29,650 bases of DNA from Candidatus Eiseniibacteriota bacterium (GTDB lineage Bacteria; Eisenbacteria; RBG-16-71-46): NCBI GenBank assembly GCA_031364845.1, contig JANLWX010000170.1, positions 1 to 29,650 of the forward strand, in the 5' to 3' direction. Made by a program: the position numbers and the translations under genes. This document shows, piece by piece, positions 8,798 to 17,589 of the stretch. The notes below the pieces were generated by a model. It was not told where the DNA came from. It did not search any database and saw only the letters and a program-made list of their open reading frames with translations. Within the stretch, counting starts at the first letter, position 1; each line of letters starts with the position of its first letter.

Positions 8798-9811
8798 TCA
8801 CGCCTCGACCGCAATTTCCCGCAGGTACTGGGCCGCGTCCTCGGGCGGTGTCGGGTTGATGTAGAAGCCCGAACCGATCTCGAAGCCCGCCACCCGGGTG
8901 AGCGTGGGCATGATCTCCAGATGCCAGTGGTAGTACTCGAGCGAGGTGTCGCTCACAGGAGCCGTGTGGATCGCGAAGTTGAACGGCGGACGGTCGAGCG
9001 CGCGATTGAGGCGCTGCAGCGTGTCTTTGAGGATCGAGGCCAGATCGAGGAATTCGTCGTCGTCGGCGAGTGCCGCGAACGAGTCGTCGTGGCGGCGCGG
9101 CAGGATCCACGTTTCGAACGGGAACCGCGGCGCGAACGGCTCGAGCACGACGAAGCGGTCGTTCATCGACACTACACGGCGGCCGTTGTTGTCGGCGGTT
9201 TCCTGCGCGACGATGTCGCAGAACACGCAGCGCTCTTTCAGCTCGTAGTAGCGGCGGCTGCCGTCGAGTTCCTCCTGCAGGATCCGCGGAATGATCGGCG
9301 TCGCGATGAGCTGGGTGTGCGTGTGCTCGAGCGTGGCGCCGGCCTGTGCTCCGTGGTTCTTGAAGATGAGCACGTAGCGGAACCGGCGGTCGCGATGCAG
9401 ATCCACGACGCGCTCGCGGTAGGCGAGCAGCACTTGCTGGATGTGCTCGACCGGCAGGTCGGCGAGATCCAGATCGTGCGAAGGTCCTTCGATCACCACT
9501 TCGTGGGCGCCGACGCCGTTCATCTTGTCGTACAGCCCCTCGCCCTTCCTGTCGAGCGTGCCTTCGATCTGGAGCGCGGGGAACTTGTTCGGCACCACGC
9601 GCACGTCCCAGCCCGGCGAGTTCGGCGCCTCGGAGTTGGGCCGGTACGCGTACACCTCGGGCGGAGTCTTGTCCTCGCTCCCCGGACAGAACGGGCACGC
9701 ATAGGTGTTGCGGGTCGGGGCGCTGGGGGTGAAGTGCGTGGGTCGGCGGCTGCGCTCGGTCGAGATGATGACCCAGCGACCGACGACAGGATCCTTCCTG
9801 AGCTCAGGCAT
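8798..9811 (-). CDS. galT: GalT-family nucleotidyltransferase (galactose-1-phosphate uridylyltransferase-like)
   Basis: MPELRKDPVVGRWVIISTERSRRP, CPFCPG, VVPNKFPAL, GAHEVVIE, FKNHGAQAGATLEHTHTQ and YHWHLEI motifs. SD AGGAG at 9816-9820. True substrate uncertain. Confidence 0.88.
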   Translation of the reverse strand: MPELRKDPVVGRWVIISTERSRRPTHFTPSAPTRNTYACPFCPGSEDKTPPEVYAYRPNSEAPNSPGWDVRVVPNKFPALQIEGTLDRKGEGLYDKMNGVGAHEVVIEGPSHDLDLADLPVEHIQQVLLAYRERVVDLHRDRRFRYVLIFKNHGAQAGATLEHTHTQLIATPIIPRILQEELDGSRRYYELKERCVFCDIVAQETADNNGRRVVSMNDRFVVLEPFAPRFPFETWILPRRHDDSFAALADDDEFLDLASILKDTLQRLNRALDRPPFNFAIHTAPVSDTSLEYYHWHLEIMPTLTRVAGFEIGSGFYINPTPPEDAAQYLREIAVEA

Positions 9812-9872
9812 GTGACTCCTCGTCCGGAGATGATGGCGGCGCGGGACCATGTCCGACCGCTCAAACCGGGCG

Positions 9873-9902
9873 AGTCTAGAGATCGGGTGGAGACGGGGTC
9901 AA
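9873..9902 (-). promoter_or_regulatory. sigma70-type promoter for galT-glgA
   Basis: TTGACC-N18-TAGACT on the minus strand. The -35 overlaps the stop codon of the upstream methyltransferase. Confidence 0.6.
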
Positions 9903-10528
9903 GCGGGCGGGCGGGTCGCGACCATCAGGTGATTGAGGCCCAGTTCGAACGTGTGATGGTGCACGGTTGCGAACCCGATCTGTTTCAGCAATGCGATCCA
10001 CTCGGACGGCGGACGCCGCGGCTGGTGCTGGTCGGCTTCCATCTCGGGGCTTACGACGCCGATGCGCCGCAACACCGCGAGGATCGCATCGACCGCGGCC
10101 GCGGGCCAGGTGATGATCAGCGAGCCGCCGGGTGACAGGATGCGGTGCGCTTCGCGCAGCACGGTCTCGGGTTCGCGCAGGTGTTCGATCACCGCGAGCA
10201 GCGTGACGTGATCGAAGCTTCCGTCGCGGAACGGCAGCGTGGCGGTGACGTCGCCCTGAACGAGCAGTGCACCCGCGGGGCGCGCGACGATGCGCTGATA
10301 GTCGAGCCCGGCGCGCACGCGCGCATGCGCGGTGATGCGGTCCAAGAACATCGCATCGACGCCGCAGCCGACATCGCACACTCGGCTTTGGGCGCGAACG
10401 TGCGCGAGCGCCTCGGTGTGGCGCAGGCTCGCGACCCAGCGATCGAACGATGTGGAGCGCGGCGCGGCGATCGCAACCTGAGAGCCCGCGGCAGCGCCCG
10501 ATGCCGCGCCGCCGCTACGACGGCTCAT
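9899..10528 (-). CDS. Class I SAM-dependent methyltransferase
   Basis: VCDVGCG motif I, LPFRDGSFD, AVIEHL and RILSPGG. ATGA overlap with the upstream gene. Confidence 0.88.
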   Translation of the reverse strand: MSRRSGGAASGAAAGSQVAIAAPRSTSFDRWVASLRHTEALAHVRAQSRVCDVGCGVDAMFLDRITAHARVRAGLDYQRIVARPAGALLVQGDVTATLPFRDGSFDHVTLLAVIEHLREPETVLREAHRILSPGGSLIITWPAAAVDAILAVLRRIGVVSPEMEADQHQPRRPPSEWIALLKQIGFATVHHHTFELGLNHLMVATRPPA

Positions 10529-11802
10529 GCGCCGGCGGCGGGCGCGCGGCGAGCCATCGCGGGATCACCCGCGGCGGTTCCGCGCTGCCGCTGACGCTCC
10601 GGCGCCGAGGCCGCGAACGCCTCGCGCAGCAGCGTGAGATCGGCGGGTGTTAGCACACGGCCGCGGCGCGACATCGCGATCTTCGCGGTCTTCAAGAACG
10701 GCTCGATCTGATGATCGTCGAAACGGGTACCGTCCCACCACGAGAACGACGCGATGTCCTTGGGCGCGAACGTCCCTCCCGCGAACAGGTTCGATCCCAT
10801 CCCGATCACCGCACCCGTCGGCAGCAGCGATCCGATGCCGGTCTTCACGTGCGCGCCGATCAGTGAACCGACTTTCGAGGAGCCGCTGTCGACTTCGCGC
10901 CCGTCGATCCACACGCGCACCGAGCCGTAGTTGTTCTTGAGATCGCTCGTCGTCGTGAGCGCCCCCAAGTTTACCCACTCGCCGATCACGCTGTGGCCGA
11001 CAAAACCGTAGTGGCGCTTGTTGCCGTAGCCCTGCCACACGCACTCCTCGACCTCGCCCGCGATGCGGCACTCGGGACCGAACGTCGAGCGCGAGATGAA
11101 ACCGCCGAGCAGTTGCGTGCGCGCACCGATGACGCACGGACCGATCACGGTGGTGTGCGACAGCACGATGGCGCCGGGCTCGATCAGGATCGCGCCGCCG
11201 CGCGCATCGAGCACCGCGAGCGGATCGATGCGTGCGCCGCGATGGACGGCGATTCGTTCCGGCTCGATCAGCACGGCCGATGGATGGACGTCGCCCTCGC
11301 GCACGGGCTTCATGCTTTGAAGGTCCTCGTCGATCGCGGCGGCGTTCAACGCGATCAGGTCCCACGGCCACGCGATGCGACGGGCATCGACGGTCGTGGC
11401 TCTCGCGATCGCCGCAAGGACTTCTTCGACCGGCCGCGCGCCCGAACGGGCGGGTTCGAAGGCACTGGCCGCAATCCGCGCCGCGACGATCACACCGCCG
11501 GCTTCGAACACCGCGGGCGCACTCGCGGTGCGTACCGCTTCGAACCAGGGCCCGGGCAGTACCGCCGCGTTCACGACAATCAGGTCGTCCGCAGCAGCCG
11601 CCGAAGTCGCCGGACGCTGATGCCAGGTGGCGAGCACCTGCGGTCGCGCGATCAGGCCCGCGAGCGGCACTCCGGCCGCGCACATCCAGCGCGCGGCGAG
11701 GTTCGAAGCGCCGAACGCGAGTGCCGGAACCACGACCGCGTCGGTCAGCGGACGCAGATCACGGAAGCGGGAGTCTTCGTACAGGATCAGGCCGGTTGTC
11801 AT
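10525..11802 (-). CDS. GlmU-like putative sugar nucleotidyl/acyltransferase with left-handed beta-helix (FCB-type)
   Basis: N-terminal ILYEDxxxxDLRPLT, then hexapeptide repeats, NKRHYGFVGHSVIGEWVNLGALTTTSDLKNNY and KTGIG. Confidence 0.8.
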   Translation of the reverse strand: MTTGLILYEDSRFRDLRPLTDAVVVPALAFGASNLAARWMCAAGVPLAGLIARPQVLATWHQRPATSAAAADDLIVVNAAVLPGPWFEAVRTASAPAVFEAGGVIVAARIAASAFEPARSGARPVEEVLAAIARATTVDARRIAWPWDLIALNAAAIDEDLQSMKPVREGDVHPSAVLIEPERIAVHRGARIDPLAVLDARGGAILIEPGAIVLSHTTVIGPCVIGARTQLLGGFISRSTFGPECRIAGEVEECVWQGYGNKRHYGFVGHSVIGEWVNLGALTTTSDLKNNYGSVRVWIDGREVDSGSSKVGSLIGAHVKTGIGSLLPTGAVIGMGSNLFAGGTFAPKDIASFSWWDGTRFDDHQIEPFLKTAKIAMSRRGRVLTPADLTLLREAFAASAPERQRQRGTAAGDPAMARRAPAAGA

Positions 11803-11890
11803 GGTGCGGCATTCCCTTTCGAACAGTGGCCGGGTTCCAAGTCAGGTCGTCGTCCCGCGCGGCGTGAACTTCGTGCCCGCAGTGCGACGC

Positions 11891-12658
11891 TCAGCGCTTC
11901 ACCTCGAACGGAAATGCGCCCGTGAAACCGGAGGCGACCGCCCGGCCACGCACGACATCGGCGGTAGCGCGGCTGAAGCATTCACGCGTGCGGATCTTGT
12001 AGAGCCCGCCGTCGCGCTCGATCACCATCGGCACCAGCAGGATCGACTCGGCGGCGGCACGCTTACGGTTGGCTTCGGCCTTTTCCTTCGGCGCCTGAAT
12101 CTGAACCCGCCAGCACGCTGCATCCGTCGCAGTGGGCGGGGGCGTGGACACGCGCGGCTGCGGCACTGCCGCCGGCGTCTGCGGGGCCGACGTATGCGTC
12201 GGCGCGGGCACCACGCGCATCGTGTCGCGCCGCGTGGTGGTCGTGTCACGGCTGGGATCGAGGCCCGGATTCACGATGTCGCCGAGCTTGGGCGTGGGCG
12301 ACGGCACCGGGATCTCGCCGGTCGAGGTGTCCGGGATCTCGTCGAGCGAATCGGCCGGCGCTTCGTCGACCGACGAAGAATCGGCGGGCCCAACGTCGGG
12401 CGGAGGCACGCGCTCTTCCGGCTTGAGCGGCTCGGGAATACTCGCGAGCACGCCGAGCGCTGCCGGCGACGGCGCGCTGTCGACGACCGCAACCACCGGC
12501 GCTCCGGGCCGCGTCACGACCGGGCGCGTCCCCGCAACGACTCGCGTGGAATCGGGCCTGGGCCTGGTCGCACCGGGACGCATCACCATTACCGGCGCGC
12601 AACCGACCGCGGCGAGAAGAGCAACGACACTCACCGCCTGCCACACGCGCGCGTTCAC
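11891..12658 (-). CDS. Lipoprotein with Pro/Thr/Asp-rich linker and C-terminal SPOR-like domain
   Basis: GTG 12658 overlaps the manC TGA. Lipobox LAAVG-C. C-terminal WRVQI...YKIR...A...GFTGAF pattern matches SPOR domains. Confidence 0.7.
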   Translation of the reverse strand: MNARVWQAVSVVALLAAVGCAPVMVMRPGATRPRPDSTRVVAGTRPVVTRPGAPVVAVVDSAPSPAALGVLASIPEPLKPEERVPPPDVGPADSSSVDEAPADSLDEIPDTSTGEIPVPSPTPKLGDIVNPGLDPSRDTTTTRRDTMRVVPAPTHTSAPQTPAAVPQPRVSTPPPTATDAACWRVQIQAPKEKAEANRKRAAAESILLVPMVIERDGGLYKIRTRECFSRATADVVRGRAVASGFTGAFPFEVKR

Positions 12659-13713
12659 TTCGCGCCCCGCGCTCGCACCGCTTCGCTCACCGCGCGCACA
12701 CGCTCGGTGTCCGCGGCGCGACATGCCAGCGTCTTGCCGTCGACGTGCACCACGACCATATCGCTCAGCGCGAGTGCGGTGGCGAGGCCGCCGTCGCCGA
12801 CCACGATGCAGCGGTCGCAATCGACCGCGATCGCATCACCGAACGTGACGTTGTCGCGCGCATCGCGCGGCTGCCGGCGCGCCCACGCGTTCCAGGAACC
12901 GAGATCGTCCCAGTCGAACGAGGCTTCGAGCATCAGCGTGTTGGGAGCCGATTCGAGCACCGCGTAGTCGACCGAGATCGATTCCAGCGCCGGGAACACA
13001 TCGGCGAGACCGCGCTCGAACGCATGCACGTCACCCGGACGCTGCAACCGCCGCAGCGGTCCCGCGAGCAGCGGGCGCGTGCTCTCGAGTGCGGTCAGGA
13101 ACACCGAACTACGCCACACGAACATGCCGCTGTTCCACAGGTAATCGCCGCTCTCGACCCACTGAGCGGCGCGCGCGCGATCGGGCTTTTCGGTGAACTG
13201 CGCGACCTGCGACAGCTTCGGCGCGACCGCAGCCCCCGCGCGGATGTATCCGAAATTCGTGTCGGGCTCACGTGGGCGGATGCCGAACGTGACGAGCACC
13301 GGATCGTGCTCGGCCACTTCGAACGCGCGGCGCATGTCGGACTCGAATGCCGCGACATCCTCGATCGCGTGATCGGCCGGCAGCACCGCGAACGCGGGAT
13401 CGACGCCGTCACCGAGAAACCACGCGGCCGCGGCACCGATCGCCGCCGCCGTGTTGCGCATCATCGGCTCGCCGGCGACCTGCACGCCGTACGGCGCGCA
13501 ATCCCGCTTCACCGCCTCCACCAGCGACCCCGCGGTCAGCACCAGGATGCGCGAGGGCTCGGTCAGCATCAGCGCGCGCTCGATCGTCGCGGCGAGCAGC
13601 GTGCGCCCGCCGCTCGCGAGCGGCAGCAGCTGCTTGGGCCGCTCGGCCGTGCTCCAGGGCCAGAAGCGCTCGCCGCGACCGCCGGCAAGCACGAGAACGT
13701 TGCGCAAGGGCAT
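12655..13713 (-). CDS. manC: Mannose-1-phosphate guanylyltransferase (no PMI domain)
   Basis: LAGGRGERFWPWS...PKQLL, EPMMRNTA, LPADH, FTEKPD, WNSGMF, SVDYAVLE and WDDLGSW motifs. Confidence 0.92.
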   Translation of the reverse strand: MPLRNVLVLAGGRGERFWPWSTAERPKQLLPLASGGRTLLAATIERALMLTEPSRILVLTAGSLVEAVKRDCAPYGVQVAGEPMMRNTAAAIGAAAAWFLGDGVDPAFAVLPADHAIEDVAAFESDMRRAFEVAEHDPVLVTFGIRPREPDTNFGYIRAGAAVAPKLSQVAQFTEKPDRARAAQWVESGDYLWNSGMFVWRSSVFLTALESTRPLLAGPLRRLQRPGDVHAFERGLADVFPALESISVDYAVLESAPNTLMLEASFDWDDLGSWNAWARRQPRDARDNVTFGDAIAVDCDRCIVVGDGGLATALALSDMVVVHVDGKTLACRAADTERVRAVSEAVRARGAK

Positions 13714-13852
13714 CCGGATTCCTCGAGGGGTTGGGGCCGGGACTATTCTCGCACCGTTCGCCGCGACAGGCATGCGAGTCGATCGAGGGTCCCGCACGAA
13801 GCACTAGCACAGGGTCAGAGCGCGTGCCACTCGCGACGCCGTCGATCATCGC

Positions 13853-15046
13853 TCACCGCGGCGCGGGCTGGGCGGATTCGGGGACGAAGCTCGCGAGACC
13901 GAGGATCTCGTCGTAGACCGCTTCGAACCGGTCGACGACGCGATCCCACGAGAAGCGCTCGTGAACCTGCGCCTCTCCCGCGCGTCCGTAGCGGATCGCG
14001 GTGTCGGGGCGGCGATGGAAGCTCTCGAGTACTTCCGCGAGCGCCGGGGCGTCTCCGGGCGGAACCAGCCGGCCGTGCACGCCGTCCTCGATCACATCGG
14101 AGATGGCGGGCAAGGACGTCGCGATCACCGGGCGCGCACGCGCGAGCGAGGCGAGCAGCGTGAGCGGCAGCGGACCATTGAGAGCGGGGATCACGACTGC
14201 GTCGGCCGCCGTGAGCAGCGGGCCGAGCGGCTCGCGCGAGTTCATCGCGAGCGCCTGGTCCGCGACGAAGCGCACGTGCGACTCGAGTCCGAGCGCATGC
14301 GCGCGGCGTTCGAGTTCGGGCCGCATCGCGCCATCCGCCGGGAACAGCGCGATGAAATCGAGATTGCGCGCACGCACCATCGCCAGCGCTTCGAGCAGCG
14401 ACTCGTGACCGCGCTGCGGTTCGAGCCTCAGCGGGCACACCCATAGCGGGCGCAGCGGGCGCGCGCCGTACTCGTCGCGCCACGCGCGCGCCGGAGAGCG
14501 CTCGCCGTCGTCGAACGACGGAATGTTGGTGCCGTACGGAATCCAGCGCACGCGTTCGCGATTCAAGCCCCAGACGTTGACGAGGTCCTCGGCGTCGGCG
14601 CGCGTCGGACAACTCACCGCATCGGCGCGCGTGAACAGCTTGCGCACTTCGGGATCGGAGGCCGGTGCTCCGGCGTCGTGGCGCGTGATCACGAGCGGCA
14701 CGCCGTCGGCCGCCGCGGAGCGCGCGACGCGCATCGAGCCCGCCGCACCCGCGTCGTGGACGTGGACGATTTGCGGGCGTTCGCGCCGCAGGCGCAGCCA
14801 CAGATGGAACGGGGTTTTCCAGTCCCAGCGCGAAGCGGGTTCGTCGAATCGTTCGACGCGCAGTTCGCGGGCTTCCAGCGCCTCGGCGAGCGCATCCGCA
14901 TGATCACCCGCCGAAAGCCATGTGTGCACCGAGTAGCGCTCGCGCGGCAACCGCGTCGCAAGCTCCCACACGGAACGCTCGGCGAGACCGATGCGGTCGG
15001 AAAGATCGACGAGAACGAGGCGGACGGGACGCTCTTCCATGGACAT
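13853..15046 (-). CDS. GT4-family (GT-B) glycosyltransferase-like protein with a degenerate donor-binding motif
   Basis: GLAERSVWELA, RPQIVHVH, RLEPQRGHESLLEAL, ADAVVIP, PVIAT, GRLVPPGD and FSWD. Start 15046 or 15040; the longer ORF to 15967 is an antisense extension over the next gene. Confidence 0.82.
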   Translation of the reverse strand: MSMEERPVRLVLVDLSDRIGLAERSVWELATRLPRERYSVHTWLSAGDHADALAEALEARELRVERFDEPASRWDWKTPFHLWLRLRRERPQIVHVHDAGAAGSMRVARSAAADGVPLVITRHDAGAPASDPEVRKLFTRADAVSCPTRADAEDLVNVWGLNRERVRWIPYGTNIPSFDDGERSPARAWRDEYGARPLRPLWVCPLRLEPQRGHESLLEALAMVRARNLDFIALFPADGAMRPELERRAHALGLESHVRFVADQALAMNSREPLGPLLTAADAVVIPALNGPLPLTLLASLARARPVIATSLPAISDVIEDGVHGRLVPPGDAPALAEVLESFHRRPDTAIRYGRAGEAQVHERFSWDRVVDRFEAVYDEILGLASFVPESAQPAPR

Positions 15047-15184
15047 CACACCGGCGCAAGAAGTGGAGGACCGCGCGAATCTTTCGGGCGCGGGATCACC
15101 ACACCGCGCTTCGCGTACGCTATCACACGGCGGGCCAGCGTGAGACATGCCGAAGCCCGCCGCTGCGCACTTTTTCACGCGCAG

Positions 15185-15214
15185 ATGACAGTCCCGGCTG
15201 GGGCTTGCTACACT
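15185..15214 (+). promoter_or_regulatory. sigma70-type promoter upstream of the small ORF and GT2
   Basis: ATGACA-N18-TACACT with an extended TG (TGC-TACACT). Confidence 0.55.
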
Positions 15215-15287
15215 CGCCGTCCAATTCGTCGTCGGCCCGTCCGACAGCCGCCCCATACTCCCGAACCACGACCCCGAGCCTGTTCCC

Positions 15288-15398
15288 ATGAACCGCACGC
15301 CGACGGTGAATTCCGCGCTGCTCCCCGTGGCCGCCGCATCTCCGCGGACGGTGCGTGCGTTTGCGCGGCGAATCACGGTGCGAACCGCCAACGCATGA
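15288..15398 (+). CDS. Possible 36-aa upstream ORF coupled to the GT2 gene
   Basis: MNRTPTVNSALLPVAAASPRTVRAFARRITVRTANA*. Its TGA overlaps the GT2 ATG (ATGA). No clear SD. Confidence 0.3.
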   Translation: MNRTPTVNSALLPVAAASPRTVRAFARRITVRTANA

Positions 15399-16069
15399 TC
15401 CGCAACCGGACGGTGAGCGTCGTGATCCCGTGCTTCAACGAGGAACACGGCATTCGCGACGTGCTGGACCGCGTGCCGAAGTCGGTCGACGAGGTCGTGG
15501 TCGCCGACAACAACAGCACCGATCGCAGCGCCGAGGTTGCGCGCACATTGGGAGCCAAGGTCGTGCCCGCCACGGTGCGCGGCTACGGCGCAGCACTGAA
15601 GGCCGGGCTCGCGGGTGCCACGAGCGACATCGTGGTCACGCTGGACGGCGACGCCTCCTACCCGCCCGAGGAGATTCCGCGGCTGGTCGAGTATCTGCTG
15701 GACCAGAAGCTGGACTTCCTCTCGGCGTGCCGCTTTCCGCTCGCCAACCCGGCCGCGATGGGATTCACGAACCGGCTCGGCAACTGGGTGCTCACCGCCA
15801 CGACGCGTGTGCTGTTCTTCCACGCGATCAAGGACAGCCAGTCGGGCATGTGGATCTTCCACCGCGCGCTGCTGCGCGAGATGAAGCCGAACTCCGACGG
15901 GATGGCGTTCAGCGAGGAGATCAAGCTCGAAGCGCTGATGCGCGGCAAGAAATTCGGCGAGACGCACATCCCCTACGGCGAGCGCGTGGGCGAAGTAAAG
16001 CTCCAGAAGTGGCGGGACGGCTTCCAGAATCTGTGGTTCCTGGTGCTGAAGCGTTTCGGACTCGTGTAG
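15395..16069 (+). CDS. GT2 glycosyltransferase, DPM1/polyprenol-phosphate glycosyltransferase-like
   Basis: SVVIPCFNEE, VADNNSTD, GYGAALKAG, TLDGDASYP, DSQSGM and YGERVGEVKL motifs. Confidence 0.92.
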   Translation: MIRNRTVSVVIPCFNEEHGIRDVLDRVPKSVDEVVVADNNSTDRSAEVARTLGAKVVPATVRGYGAALKAGLAGATSDIVVTLDGDASYPPEEIPRLVEYLLDQKLDFLSACRFPLANPAAMGFTNRLGNWVLTATTRVLFFHAIKDSQSGMWIFHRALLREMKPNSDGMAFSEEIKLEALMRGKKFGETHIPYGERVGEVKLQKWRDGFQNLWFLVLKRFGLV

Positions 16070-16076
16070 TCCGCAA

Positions 16077-17579
16077 CTATTCCATCGTCCGCCGCATCAA
16101 GGTTCGCATTCCGAGACCGCGTGCGAGCACGAATGCCAGCGGCAGGTAGCCCGCGAGCAACGCCGCACTTCCGACGACCGGCGCGAACGCGCCGGGAACC
16201 GTGATCCATCGCATTGCGGCGAACGCGAGCGCGATGCCCCAGAACGACGGCGCGAGGCTCACGAGCACGAACGACGCGCGCACGGTCGCGCGCTCGTGGA
16301 ACTCGGCCGCGGCGCGCACGAGGATGACGATCGCAAACAGCAGATAGCCGCCGCTCGCCGCCGCCGCGACCGCTGCGGGATCGGGATGGCGCGAGGCGAC
16401 GAAGAACACGAGTACGGCGTTCGCCGCCGCGGCGAACATGCCTAGCCCGAGCAGCGAGTTCTGGCGACCGCATCCGAGCAGGAAGTAACTCGGGATCGTT
16501 GCGGCCGACAGCGCGAGCGCGCCGGCTGCGAGCCACTGCAGCGCGGGCACCGCGGCACGATAGGCGGGCAACAGCCATGCGATCACCGGCCCCGCCCAGA
16601 TCATCGCGAGGCCCACGCCGATCGGCATCAGGATCGACAGCCCGCGCTGCGCGCGCAGCACGTCCGCGCGCACGCGCGCCTGATCGATCGCGCCATGATG
16701 CGCGGCCGCGATCCGCGGGAACAGCACGTAGGCGACCGATTCGGGGATGAACAGCACGAGCCCCGCCGCCATCACCGCGACGCCGTACGTTCCGAGTCCG
16801 GCGGCATCGCCGAAACGCACGAGTGCCAGGCGGTCGACCGAGCGCAGCACCAGCGAAGCGCCATAGAACGCGAAGATCGGAAACCCGAGCCGCACGAGCG
16901 ACGCTCCGGTTCCGGCATGCGCGGGGAGCCGCGGCGCTTCGGGACACGCGAGCGCCATGCGCGCGACCGCAATCAGCGTGCCCGCGATCCATCCCAGCAC
17001 CACGCCCCACAGTCCGAACGACCACACCAGCACGAGCCCGCTGCCGGCTCCGAGCACCGCCTGCGTCGACTGGCCCGCGCTCACCGCGCCGAAGCGGCCA
17101 TGGGCGCGCAGCGAGGCCGCGAGGTACTTGAACGCGAGCTGGAGCATGACCGCGAGCAGCATCGCGAGCGCGAGGCGCGGATCGGGAATCAGGTCGGGAC
17201 GCGGCGCCGCAGCGAGCATCAGCGCGACGACTCCCGCAAACGCGACGCCTCCGGCGACGATGATGGCCCACGCCGCTGCCATCAGGCGGCGCGCGGTCGC
17301 GCGGTCGCCGCTGCCGACCGCACCGGGCAGTCGCAGGTCGAGCCCTTCCAGCGCGCCGAATCCGGCGTAGGAGCCGTAATCGAGGATCAGGTTCAGGGCG
17401 TTGAGCGTGCCGTAGCCGGCGGGCCCGAGCGCGATCGCCGCACCCCAGCCGCGCGCGAGCATCATCGCGCGCGCCACGTACTGGCCGAGCGCGATCGCCG
17501 CCGAATCGCGCACGAACGCGCCGTGCCGCGGCGTCGGGGTACCGGTCGCCGGGGCTTCGGTGCCGGGGGGCTCGCTCAT
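16077..17579 (-). CDS. Wzx/MOP-family oligosaccharide flippase
   Basis: Many hydrophobic helices. LGPAGYG, VDRLAL...GLGTYGVA and VLFPRI signatures. Confidence 0.85.
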   Translation of the reverse strand: MSEPPGTEAPATGTPTPRHGAFVRDSAAIALGQYVARAMMLARGWGAAIALGPAGYGTLNALNLILDYGSYAGFGALEGLDLRLPGAVGSGDRATARRLMAAAWAIIVAGGVAFAGVVALMLAAAPRPDLIPDPRLALAMLLAVMLQLAFKYLAASLRAHGRFGAVSAGQSTQAVLGAGSGLVLVWSFGLWGVVLGWIAGTLIAVARMALACPEAPRLPAHAGTGASLVRLGFPIFAFYGASLVLRSVDRLALVRFGDAAGLGTYGVAVMAAGLVLFIPESVAYVLFPRIAAAHHGAIDQARVRADVLRAQRGLSILMPIGVGLAMIWAGPVIAWLLPAYRAAVPALQWLAAGALALSAATIPSYFLLGCGRQNSLLGLGMFAAAANAVLVFFVASRHPDPAAVAAAASGGYLLFAIVILVRAAAEFHERATVRASFVLVSLAPSFWGIALAFAAMRWITVPGAFAPVVGSAALLAGYLPLAFVLARGLGMRTLMRRTME

Positions 17580-17589
17580 GCGGCGGTGC

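Noticed and set aside
7559..10135. 858-aa plus-strand ORF
   Set aside because: Antisense shadow of glgA, galT and the methyltransferase. No motifs, and long stop-free antisense frames are expected at high GC3.
13814..13829. TGGCAC-containing sigma54-like site upstream of manC (minus strand)
   Set aside because: The -12 position reads GA instead of the required GC.
15047..15967. N-terminal extension making the GT4 ORF 704 aa
   Set aside because: It runs antisense through the plus-strand GT2. GT4 similarity begins only at about 15046.
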